From Ignavibacteriota bacterium (GTDB lineage: Bacteria; Bacteroidota; Ignavibacteria; Kapaibacteriales; UBA2268): 59,735 nucleotides of DNA. The position numbers were made by a program, and so were the translations under genes. Within the stretch, counting starts at the first letter, position 1. Each line of letters starts with the position of its first letter. The notes below the pieces were generated by a model. The model saw only the letters and a list, made by a program, of their open reading frames with translations, was not told the origin of the DNA and ran no database searches. This document shows, piece by piece, positions 1-10,200 of this stretch. The stretch covers positions 1 through 59,735 of the forward strand of contig JBHADY010000180.1 of the NCBI GenBank assembly GCA_041855325.1, written 5' to 3'.

Positions 1-32
1 AAGCTCTTTTATTTTTTGTTTATCGTAATCTG

Positions 33-3000
33 TTATTTAACAACTACGAATGAGCGAGTGATTTTCTTTCCGTTAATGTTAATTACTAAGTAGTAAGTAC
101 CATTAACAAATCCACTAGTATTCACCGTTAATTGTTTTTCGCCGTTGATTTCGCCGCTGAATAACTCAGTTGCTCTACCGCGAGCATCAGTGATAGTGAT
201 TTCAGCTTTGCTTAATTCTACTGCATTTACAGAGAACTTAGCTTCGTCTGTTACTACAGGGTTCGGAACAATTTTGCTCACTGTGAAGCCATAATTAGCA
301 TCTTCTACATCTGCTAATGATTGCTCTACAACCACGCTTGATTCGCTATAAACTGTACCGCACATATTGGATACTTCCACTTTGTAGCTATGAGTACCTG
401 GTTCTGATTCGATGCGAGTAATAGTAGCTGTTGTAGCACCTTCGATTTCTTCGCCGTCGCGATACCATTTATAAACTAGGTCTCTGCCAGTAGCTTTAAT
501 GCTCATAGTGAATGTTTCGCCAGCTTTAGCATTGCTTACACCTAAGCCTTTAGTGATTACAGGAGTAGAGTTTACTTTTACTTCAGCAGTGTTAGATTTC
601 ACGCCACCTTCTACGCCAGAAATTTTAGCTAATACATAATATTTACCTTCATTAGCTGCTTGCGCTGTGAATGTGTATGTATTACCAGAGTTTTGAACTA
701 TTTTATCGAGGCCATTGCTTACGAAGTGCCATTCATAAGTAATAGTAGCGTTCGGAACCGTAGTTTCAGCATTTACATTCAGTGTAACTTCAGAGCCTGT
801 GCATACTTCTGTATCTTTCAAGTGTTTATTGAAAGCAAGAGTAGCAAGATTAAGCTTCACTTTATTGGAGATTAATGAATCGCCGCAAAGTCCTTTTATC
901 ACTACATAGTAATCTGCACCTGCTGCATCTGCTTGATTAACATTGTTAATAATCAGTATGTTTGCATTCGCGCCAGAGTATTTATTGCCATCTTGGAGTT
1001 TTTTAGTTCCTTTGTACCATTGGTACTGAGGAGTGTAGTAAGGAGGAGCTCCCACTGCAGTTGCTTTCACTTCGAATCTAGCGAATTTACCATTAATAGC
1101 AGTTACGTTTTCTGGTTCTTGTACTATTTGTGTTTCATTCATCACGAATACAGTTGCTGGGCTGGAGATGAGTCTACCGAAAGTACCATCTGCGATACAG
1201 CCGTCCACGTCGATAACAGCTTGATAGCTACCTGCATCTTCGTACTTAGCATTTTCGATTACTAATATTGGTTTATTAGCAGTTACGTTTTCTTCTAATG
1301 TAATATTCACACCATCTTTTTGCCATTGGTATCTTGGGTTTTCAGCTTCCACTTCTAGTGAAATAGCAATCATCTTGCCTTTGCATACTACTGTTGGCTG
1401 AGCATCTCTGATAACTTTTGCGTAAGGATGAATAGTGACATCGATTACGTTAGAGATAGCTTCTTTAGTGTCGCATAATTGGCTGCCTATTACTACTAAT
1501 CTAAATTTACCAGAGTGTAGTGGTCTAGTAATGTTAATAGAGAAACCATCATCTGTTAGGTAATCACGTTTTTCGGGGTCGCATTCTAGCCAATCACCAT
1601 CTACTAATTCTTCCCATCTGTATCCGAAGATATCGCCTTCTATGTGTTGTCTCATTAATTGAACTCTTAATGGTTCGCCTTCGCACATTTCCACTTTACC
1701 GTCTGCATCAGCTTGTGGACTATATAGAACAGCGTTCTTCACTGGGCTTACGACTTTAAGCTCAATTGGTCTAGAGAAGATACCGCCTTGGCTGCAGTGG
1801 TTTTCGCCATCTTTTAAGAATACTCGATATTTACCTTCGCCGTATTTAGGATCAGTCAAGTCCACATTAAGTTCTCTTTCAGTGTCGCCATCGAGGTCTA
1901 CCCATCTATTGCCGATTTCTTTTTGCCATTGATATCCTGTTACAGTACCTTTAGCTATTGGGGAAATCTTAGTAGCGCCTGTTTGAGTACAGATTTCGCT
2001 GATTTCGTCCATTTCCTTAGTAATAGTAATAGCTTCTTCGCCTGTTACTTTGCAATGATCAGATATAGTAGTTTTACCAAAACCGTATAATTTAACTGTA
2101 TAATAATCAGGGTTAGCTAAGTTATCTTCCAATACTTCTGGATAGAATATGTTGGAGTTCACAGGTTTCATTACTGGTTCCAGAGTTCCATCACCATTAG
2201 TATCTTCCATAAACTCTCTTAGGTTATCAATATTCTGACCATTCTTTTGCCAATCATATACGATTTCAGGTTCTACGCCAGAGATATCTCTAGCTATACC
2301 ATCGCTGAATGCCCCAGGTTTAGCTATTACTACGATCTCGCCTTTTCCAGGAACGCAGATATTAGTAACTTCAGGAGTAATATTATTTACAAGTATTTCT
2401 GCTGATACTTCATCTGCACCGATAGTTACTATTTCATTCTTTCTTTCATTACCGTGAATATCTCTTAATTCTGCTAAGCCATCGATAGCCGGAGCTCTCA
2501 TGTTGCGACTTAGAGCAGTTCTGCCAGAGATTGTACCAAGAACTGGATGCACTGGATCTAAAGTAATAGTAGTCATACCGCTATTCTGCTCTAAATCGTT
2601 ATTCTCCAGTTTGAAATCTTCTAAAGTACGGTACATTACGTCTTTAAATGCGAAGAAGTTAGCGTTATTGTCTTTGATATCAATATCGAAAGCGTTTCTG
2701 TCCATTTCTATATTATCGCTATTGCTGATAATATACATTCCCAAACCACCACTTACTCTGCCAATAGCCGTTACTCTATTAGCAAATGCATTGTTCTTTA
2801 TTTTCATATTTGAACATCTCACCATAGCAAATGGAATTGAAGCACTCTTAGTTTGTTGTCCAGTCGTTATTCCAGGTATATCTCCTTTATCGCCATCAAG
2901 AACTATAGTGTTATGATACATTTCGAGTGAGTCAGTTTCTACGAAAAACATAGCTGGGTTAGGATCATTTTCAGTATTCATATCAGATAATACAGTCTTA

Positions 3001-6000
3001 AATACGTTGTTAAGAATTTTAATATTAACGTTCTTCTTTGCTGTATTACCATTAACGCGAATTGCATAAGCTCCATTATTGCCACTACCATATACGCCTT
3101 TTACTTTATTGTTAATTACTTCTACTTTTGCACATCTTGGTCCCACGAAAATACCGTCACAAGACATATTATTAGGAGTATTAACATTTTCAACCATATT
3201 GTTTTCGATAGCTACTGTGTCAGCATTTCTTAAATTAATACCTGCTCTTCCCACAGAACCATCGAACTCTGTGTTACCCACATAGTTATCGCGAATTTGC
3301 AAGTGGCTAACTACTTTTTCCCATCCGTTTGCTACTGGAGTTTCTATGTAAATACCATAGAAAGCATTAGATATCTTATTATTAAAGATGTTAATATTCT
3401 CCATATCCTTACCGTTCAGGTAGAGAGCATATTCATTGCCTGTTCTGCCACCGCAAGATAGATCAACGTTGTTTATTTGTATGTTTCTTAATGTTTTCTG
3501 GTTTTCTGTGTTAGGTTCCTTAGTAGCAAGCATAATTGCGTGTGCATAATCATTATTACTACTATTTTCAAATACCAAACCTTTAATGTGTTTGTTATCA
3601 TCAGATTGGTTAATTCTGCCATCAATAGTTACGTTTGTAACACCAACTAATGCGAAAAATGCTTTTTCAGTATCTAATACTTTTGATGTATATTTACCTT
3701 TAATTTTGCGAACTTTATCTTTTGGATAGATAGTCAGTGTGTTAGTTGTATCTTTTCTATAGAAATTATTTAATACAACAGGAGTATTCTGAGTAATTGC
3801 AATATCAGCATTAAGTGCTAATTGAACATTGCCAACAGTACCAATATCATGAATAACATCTATTGCATCGTAAATATTTTCGAAGTAATTAGTACCATTG
3901 TAATTACCACCAACTATGTATTCTCCGCTTAATCCGGCTTTAATTTGCACTTTGCCTTCAGCATTACCATTGCTTATCTTAATTTCGCGAGAAAAGTGTT
4001 CTTCTTTACCTTCTCTTGTGATAGTAGTTTTCTTAAAGTCAATATCAATGTAGTTGTCAACTGTAGCATTATCTTTAATATCCACTGTGAAATATATATT
4101 ATTTTCACCTTCTGCCAGTGTTTCGTTATTCAAGCTAACTTCGTTGTTAGTTAGCTTAATGTCATTATAAGTGACTAATAGAACACCTGTAGCTGGATCA
4201 AACTCTTCGTTGTTTGCCATTTTCCAGATTTTAATATTTTCGATATCATTAATGTTAGATGTTCCAGTAAGATCGAATGTTAAATTCTTAAGAATTATAT
4301 TATTGGTATCACCTTTTATTATTATGTTGATACCACCAATTAACATATTAGTGGCCCCTTTCATAACAAATCTCTTTTTTATTGACATCGTATCAATATC
4401 ATATACATTCATCATTACAGATTTTATTTCACCAATTCTGATATCATCAATACATAGTTTATTGTACCAATCACTACTTGCCCTTAAGAACATGTAGTTT
4501 TCTTTTGTCTTAAAATTCTCCGGAATTTTAAAGGTATACTTATACCACCCGTTGTTTTCTACAGTTGGTTCCTTAGTACGTAGCACGTTAATTGGGTTTG
4601 CACCATATTCTCCCAGTGGCTCTAATTTAACAGCTGTAGTATCAATAGTTTTTTTGTTGCTAATTAACACTTCTAAAGTTGTTCCATTTTGAGAACCATA
4701 TTCATTATGTCTATATATCCATAAAGAAAGATTCTCTTTATCAATTTTTTTTAATGATATTTTTTCAGATATAAGTGTTTCTACCTGTTCATTTGATGAA
4801 CTATATCCATTAAAGTATGCGAACTTATTACCATGCTTAGGAGTTACAACAGGGTTTGCGATATCTGTCGCAACTTGCCATTGTTTTGTAGTGCCATTTT
4901 TTTCAATTATAGAAAACCAGCTAGAAGGAGAAAAATCTTTGACAAACTCCTCGAAGCTCATACTATAGATATTTGGGTTTATTACAGTATTGCCCTGAGG
5001 AGAAATTATTTTTTTCACATAGTTTTCATCAGAACCATTAATATATAAGCCTGTAAATCTAGCATCAATTACAGTTTCTTCATCGGCATTTTCACTTATG
5101 TCGTAAGTAAGTATAAACTCGTTTTTACCGTACTTAATTTTTATTGGATTTGAAGGAATAAATACCATATCTCCGTTTGGATTTTCAATTACCTCACCTA
5201 CTATTTCTTGTGTTTCGACTTCATTATCACCATCTTCAGTAATTATACTACAGTATAACCTTGCTTTATTAATTGAACTTAATAAATAGCTACCCTCAGT
5301 ATCAAAAACTAATTTTCTAATTGCCAAATCACCCACAGCGCCTCTAACTTCTACTGTTGCTTTAAGAATTTCGACATCCTCACTTCCTCTTCTTACTAAT
5401 TCTGGACCTACTTGGTTACATTTCACATCAGAAATATAGTATGGTTTTCCAGGAATTAGTTTTACATAGTAATCCTCAGTTTCTCCCCAAGTATAAGTAC
5501 CACATGCAGGTGACATGTCGCTTTCATCAACTACTATTCTTAGTAAGAAAATGTCGCCCAATGCAAAGTTGATTTTATCTGGTATTACTAATTGACTCGT
5601 ATGACTATCTTCTGAAAGAATCGTACCAGAACCAGTCTTTGGTATATAGTATAGTAATTCATTTTCAGAGAATTCAAAATCCTTATTTACATCAATATAT
5701 GCTTTTATAGCACAATTGTATGCTACTGTAGATCTATTCACAATACTAACAGTCATATCATAAATCTCTCCAGCTGTTAATTGTATAGGAGCTAACCCTG
5801 TATAGTCTGTATACTTTTTATCGGCTTCAGGGTTGTTGTACAGGGGTATGTCACTTCCATTACTAAATAATATATTATCGCCATCTTTGATGACGACTTT
5901 ACCTATGTCTTGGTCACTCGTACTAGTTGCTGTACTTTTGCAATATACATCCAGTAATCTACCAGCAGCAGACATTGGAATACTTTTGTTAATATCTCCG

Positions 6001-7016
6001 GTACTAAAACTTATCCTTGATTCATATTTATCTTGGTATTCGCCTGTTTTCATTTTTACATACACAGATATAGTGTCTAATATACCATCTCCTGTATTCG
6101 TAAGTGTTATTGTAATAGTATTGGGATGCTCCGTCCAGTTTGCAGAATTTTCGCTTGTGGCAACCAATGCCCCTTCTGCTGGCGTAATTATTAGATTGCT
6201 ATTTGCAGGCATATTTTTTGTAATTACATCTATTTTCTTTGCTTGACTTGTGGAGTTTGGCAGTAGGTAAGCATAATCTATCAACTTCTTTGACAGCTTC
6301 ATAAAAGGTCTTATTACAGCATATTCTACTTCGAATTTCATCTTTGGAGAATTTTCTGTTTGTATCCAAGGTCTTATAGTCCCATTGAAATAAGTCCAAT
6401 TCCCGTCTACCGTATTTTGATTATCAGAGTATTGATACAGAGTTCTTTTAGGTATTGTATTTTCTTCCATTTCTGGTTTATAACATTCCACATTTACAGC
6501 ACCATTGCCTCCGGTGTTCTCATTTGTCCAGCGAATATCAACCACTATATTTCTCGCACCATCCCAAATAAATTCATTCTCTACTTCTATACTTCTCCAT
6601 TGCCCTCCTTCTGGAACTGGTCCTGGGATAAAAGTACTCTCCGGTGTATCACTACCAGTAGCCGTTACCCATTCTAATTCCAAAGGTTGAAGTGAAGCAA
6701 ATCTGTCAGAATTTGTGTGTGCTATCCTAACTCTGAATCTTCTTCTTTCAATGCTCGTTGCGTCCCTAAAGAAAAAGGATAGTTTTTTAATAATTGCTCC
6801 AGCTTCCATTCCTGCACCTGAAAGCTCGCTTGCTATGTAAATTATTTGAGTTCTACACCCGCCCCAAGTTCCAATGAATGGGTATTGAGAAACAGTATTA
6901 TTTACATTTGATGGCGGTGTTCCTACGATTTCCACCTCATCTTGTGCATAAGACGGAACTATGCCCATCATAAGCATTACTATTAAACTATAATATAGTT
7001 TATAGAGCCGTTTCAT
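33..7016 (-). CDS. Giant secreted T9SS-sorted surface protein, paralogue A (beta-helix plus Ig-like repeat adhesin-like protein)
   Basis: 2327-aa ORF. Signal peptide MKRLYKLYYSLIVMLMMGIVPSYA. About 200-aa N-terminal module shared with the two neighbouring paralogues (RFRVRIAHT, WDGARNIVVDIRWTN). GEVED-type motif CGTYTWGETEDYYV at about nt 5467-5484. MAM/cleaved-adhesin-like jelly-roll segment. Parallel beta-helix type repeats (NN-x-hydrophobic periodicity) at roughly nt 2500-4000. Multiple Ig-like modules with Y-x-W-x-K/F signatures (YQWQK, YRWEE, YQWYK, YEWHF, YKWYR) at roughly nt 330-2340. C-terminal about 80 aa resembles the T9SS sorting domain (ends NGTYYLVININGKKITRSFVVVK). Confidence 0.85.
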   Translation of the reverse strand: MKRLYKLYYSLIVMLMMGIVPSYAQDEVEIVGTPPSNVNNTVSQYPFIGTWGGCRTQIIYIASELSGAGMEAGAIIKKLSFFFRDATSIERRRFRVRIAHTNSDRFASLQPLELEWVTATGSDTPESTFIPGPVPEGGQWRSIEVENEFIWDGARNIVVDIRWTNENTGGNGAVNVECYKPEMEENTIPKRTLYQYSDNQNTVDGNWTYFNGTIRPWIQTENSPKMKFEVEYAVIRPFMKLSKKLIDYAYLLPNSTSQAKKIDVITKNMPANSNLIITPAEGALVATSENSANWTEHPNTITITLTNTGDGILDTISVYVKMKTGEYQDKYESRISFSTGDINKSIPMSAAGRLLDVYCKSTATSTSDQDIGKVVIKDGDNILFSNGSDIPLYNNPEADKKYTDYTGLAPIQLTAGEIYDMTVSIVNRSTVAYNCAIKAYIDVNKDFEFSENELLYYIPKTGSGTILSEDSHTSQLVIPDKINFALGDIFLLRIVVDESDMSPACGTYTWGETEDYYVKLIPGKPYYISDVKCNQVGPELVRRGSEDVEILKATVEVRGAVGDLAIRKLVFDTEGSYLLSSINKARLYCSIITEDGDNEVETQEIVGEVIENPNGDMVFIPSNPIKIKYGKNEFILTYDISENADEETVIDARFTGLYINGSDENYVKKIISPQGNTVINPNIYSMSFEEFVKDFSPSSWFSIIEKNGTTKQWQVATDIANPVVTPKHGNKFAYFNGYSSSNEQVETLISEKISLKKIDKENLSLWIYRHNEYGSQNGTTLEVLISNKKTIDTTAVKLEPLGEYGANPINVLRTKEPTVENNGWYKYTFKIPENFKTKENYMFLRASSDWYNKLCIDDIRIGEIKSVMMNVYDIDTMSIKKRFVMKGATNMLIGGINIIIKGDTNNIILKNLTFDLTGTSNINDIENIKIWKMANNEEFDPATGVLLVTYNDIKLTNNEVSLNNETLAEGENNIYFTVDIKDNATVDNYIDIDFKKTTITREGKEEHFSREIKISNGNAEGKVQIKAGLSGEYIVGGNYNGTNYFENIYDAIDVIHDIGTVGNVQLALNADIAITQNTPVVLNNFYRKDTTNTLTIYPKDKVRKIKGKYTSKVLDTEKAFFALVGVTNVTIDGRINQSDDNKHIKGLVFENSSNNDYAHAIMLATKEPNTENQKTLRNIQINNVDLSCGGRTGNEYALYLNGKDMENINIFNNKISNAFYGIYIETPVANGWEKVVSHLQIRDNYVGNTEFDGSVGRAGINLRNADTVAIENNMVENVNTPNNMSCDGIFVGPRCAKVEVINNKVKGVYGSGNNGAYAIRVNGNTAKKNVNIKILNNVFKTVLSDMNTENDPNPAMFFVETDSLEMYHNTIVLDGDKGDIPGITTGQQTKSASIPFAMVRCSNMKIKNNAFANRVTAIGRVSGGLGMYIISNSDNIEMDRNAFDIDIKDNNANFFAFKDVMYRTLEDFKLENNDLEQNSGMTTITLDPVHPVLGTISGRTALSRNMRAPAIDGLAELRDIHGNERKNEIVTIGADEVSAEILVNNITPEVTNICVPGKGEIVVIAKPGAFSDGIARDISGVEPEIVYDWQKNGQNIDNLREFMEDTNGDGTLEPVMKPVNSNIFYPEVLEDNLANPDYYTVKLYGFGKTTISDHCKVTGEEAITITKEMDEISEICTQTGATKISPIAKGTVTGYQWQKEIGNRWVDLDGDTERELNVDLTDPKYGEGKYRVFLKDGENHCSQGGIFSRPIELKVVSPVKNAVLYSPQADADGKVEMCEGEPLRVQLMRQHIEGDIFGYRWEELVDGDWLECDPEKRDYLTDDGFSINITRPLHSGKFRLVVIGSQLCDTKEAISNVIDVTIHPYAKVIRDAQPTVVCKGKMIAISLEVEAENPRYQWQKDGVNITLEENVTANKPILVIENAKYEDAGSYQAVIDVDGCIADGTFGRLISSPATVFVMNETQIVQEPENVTAINGKFARFEVKATAVGAPPYYTPQYQWYKGTKKLQDGNKYSGANANILIINNVNQADAAGADYYVVIKGLCGDSLISNKVKLNLATLAFNKHLKDTEVCTGSEVTLNVNAETTVPNATITYEWHFVSNGLDKIVQNSGNTYTFTAQAANEGKYYVLAKISGVEGGVKSNTAEVKVNSTPVITKGLGVSNAKAGETFTMSIKATGRDLVYKWYRDGEEIEGATTATITRIESEPGTHSYKVEVSNMCGTVYSESSVVVEQSLADVEDANYGFTVSKIVPNPVVTDEAKFSVNAVELSKAEITITDARGRATELFSGEINGEKQLTVNTSGFVNGTYYLVININGKKITRSFVVVK

Positions 7017-7189
7017 TTTTACAATTCCTTATATTAGTTTAGTAAATTATTATTCAAATTCAAGTATTATCAGGTTTGTTACTAATGATTATTATTCCCT
7101 TATCCTTATATTAAGGATACTAATTGCAAATATAACATATTTTTTGGAATTGTGGACAAAATTATTTTATATTTATGAAATTTTTTTTA

Positions 7190-7227
7190 CAAAAAAAGCC
7201 CTACCATTGCTGGTAAGGCTTTTTTAC
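7190..7227 (-). terminator. Rho-independent (bidirectional-looking) terminator downstream of paralogue B
   Basis: Stem agccctacca (7197-7206) pairs with tggtaaggct (7211-7220), 9 of 10 bp, loop ttgc. It is flanked by an A-run on one side and a T-run on the other, so the minus-strand transcript ends in a stem followed by U7. Confidence 0.7.
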
Positions 7228-7248
7228 TATATAAATCAGCTAATTAGC

Positions 7249-10200
7249 TTATTTTTCAACTATGAAGCGGCGAGTAATTTTCTTGCCTTCGATAGTAATC
7301 ACTATGAAGTAAGCACCATTAGCATACTTGCTTGTGTTGATTGTGAAGTTTCTGTTACCTGTGATGTTTCCAGAGAAGAACTTTTGAGTTCTGCCGGCAG
7401 CATCCACGATAGCGATTTCAGCATTTCCGCCAAGCTCAGAGCTTACGGAGAACTTAGCTTCGTTTGATACCACTGGGTTCGGAACAACGTTGCTCACAGT
7501 GAATCCAATTTCCACTTCTTCCTCAATCACATTAGACATTGGCTGTTCGATAGTAATTGTAACTTCGCTTTCCACAGCACCGCATCCATTGCTTGCAACT
7601 ACTTTGTACTTGTAAGTACCAGCTTTGCTTTCGCTTCTTGTTAAGCTTGGCGAGATTTCCTTCGCAATAGCTTGGTTATTTCTGAACCATCTGTATTGCA
7701 CATCTTGTCCAGCTACTTCCACTTTCAGAGTAAATACTCCATTTGCCACAGCATTTACTGCTCTAAGTTCTTTAGTTATAACTGGCTTAGCACCTACTTT
7801 TACTCTTGCAACGTTAGATTTAATTTCAGTTCCCTTATTAGCAAGCTTAGCAATTGCATAGTATTGGCCAGCTGATAATGGGTTAATTATCACTGTTAAA
7901 TCAGTGCCATTGCCATCAAGAGTGATGTCTTTGCCTTCAGAAACGAAGTGCCATTCGTAAGAAATTTTTTCGCCCGCGAGAACAGTCTCAGCTTTAACAG
8001 AGAGCTTCATTGTATCGCCAACGCATACGTCTTTGTCTTCTAATAACTTAGTGAATGCGAATTCAGATATAGTAATTGTTACGTAGTCTGATTTTAATGA
8101 ATCGCTGCAAGCACCTTTCACTTTTACGAAGTACTTAATGCCCAGTACGTCGATATCTTCCACTTCACTAATCAATAATACGTTAGCTTTAGCGCCTGAG
8201 TATTTATTGTTATCTTCTAATTTTTCTTCTACTAATTTGCCGTCTTTAGTATATTCTTTATACCATTGATAACCAGCGATGTACTCAGAAGATTGACCAA
8301 TTGCATTCGATTCCACTCGCAATGTAGCAGTTCTTCCGCGAAGCACAACCATGCTTTCTGGTTGCTTAGTTATCTGTGTTTCGTTCATCACGATAACAGA
8401 AGCAGGTTCAGAGAATAATTTATCGCCACCATCTTGTAAGCAGTCATCTACAGTAACGATTACGCTGTATTGTCCGCCATCTTCATAATCTGCGTTGTCA
8501 ATCACCAAACGAGCTTTATTAGCAGAGCTGTTAATAAGTGTATCTATTGCAACACCATCTTTATACCATTGGTATGATGGATTAGTTCCTTCGCTCTTCA
8601 CAGAAAGAACGATGCTCTTATCTTTGCAGAAGATACCAGATTTTGGTTGTTCAGTAATATTAACAAATGGCTTAACTTTAATTGTAATTTCGTTAGAAAC
8701 AGCTTCTTTAGCGTTACATAAGTCGCTGCCCACTACAACTAATCTGTATTTACCGCTTTGCTCAGGGCTAGTGTATTCAGTGTAGAAACCATTTTCAGAC
8801 AGGTAAGGGCGCATTTCTAAGTCTGATTCTACCCATTTTCCGCCATTAAATTCTTCCCATCTATATCCATATACATTACCTTTAACGCCAGTTACAGGGT
8901 CTCTATTGAGTTTAATTTCTAATGTTTTGCCTTCGCATACTACTACTTCTTCAGTTAAGTCATAAGTATAAGAAATTAAGTTAACGTCGCTCACTGGATT
9001 CACTTCAGATAATGTACTTACGTTAGAAACGATTTGACCTTGGTTACAGTCGAAATCACCATCACTGATGATAACACGGTATTGACCAACGCCGTATTTT
9101 TCATTAGTTAATGTTACGTCTAAGTAGCTTTTATTATCATCTTCCAGGTCAGTCCAAGTATTTCCGATAAGCTTTTGCCATTGGTATTTAGAAACAGTAC
9201 CGATAACGCCTACCGTCAGTCTATTCACACCGCTATCAGAGCAGAGTACAGAGTTTTCAACTGGTTGCTTAGTAATTCTGATAGTACCTTCAGCTTTTAC
9301 TTGGCATTCATCAGATGTTTTAGTAACATCGAATAATGTAACATTCGCAGTGAATACATCTGGCTCAGCCATGTTCTCAGTTTCAATTTTAGCAAGGTGA
9401 GTATTAGAGTTAACTGTATCAATAACTACTTTAGTAGTTGGAGTTTGATCTTCAGCGTCTGGTTCTGCAGGCACAGTAATCACTTTTTCGCGAGTGTTTG
9501 GCACGTTTATTCCATTTCTTACCCATTGGTATTTGAAGTTTGGAGTACCAGCGATTTCTCGTTCGATACCATCGCTAAATCCATTAACAGCTACAACCAC
9601 AGTAAGAGTTTGCTCAAATGGAGCGCAATTTTCGCTAATTTCATTTGGCATTTGCTGAGTAAATTCAAAAGTAGGAATTACCTCATCTATACCCACCGTA
9701 GCTTTAACAGTTCCTCTTGGGTTCCCGTGTATATCAACTGTTCCTGGATATTCAGCAATAGCTGGCACGAACAATCTATCGTCCATAGCAGCATCGCCAT
9801 CGATAGTACCGAATTTAACGCCGTCTTTTCTTATTAAGTTAATATCTCTATATACAGATTTTTTGTCTAAACCCATAGCTAAAGACCATTCTTGAATAGT
9901 AGCTTTTTCGTCAGTATTTAATCCCAGAGTTGGGTTAGTGCCGCCGGCAAAATATGCGTTATTATTTAAGTTGAAGAAGCTATTATTGTTTTCTGCTACG
10001 ATTGCATAGCATTTTACTCTAGCGTTATTTTCATTGTGGTTAAGTTTATTAACGAATATGTTATTTCTAATATCTACATTGACAGCTTTATCACCTACAA
10101 ATATAGCAGCAGAGTAAGTGCTTACAGCAGGAGCATCAGCGGCTGCGCCTACTTCACTTCTATTGCCTTCTAAGTATACTAAGTTATGGAATACTTTTAA

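Noticed and set aside
330-2340. Periodic repeats that might be mistaken for a CRISPR or tandem DNA repeat array
   Set aside because: The periodicity is at the protein level (diverged Ig-like modules of about 80-90 aa) inside an open reading frame. There are no short identical direct repeats with unique spacers anywhere in the window.
660-6690. Numerous 60-140-aa plus-strand ORFs inside giant gene A, with equivalents inside genes B and C (7625-12895, 14228-16986)
   Set aside because: All lie antisense to, or out of frame with, long ORFs that have clear domain structure. Their translations are low-complexity with no motifs. They are typical shadow ORFs of AT-rich DNA.
7101-7119. Inverted repeat tatcctta-tat-taaggata upstream of giant gene A as a possible invertible-promoter boundary
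   Set aside because: Only one short 8-bp hairpin-type repeat is present. There is no distant partner repeat and no site-specific recombinase gene nearby.
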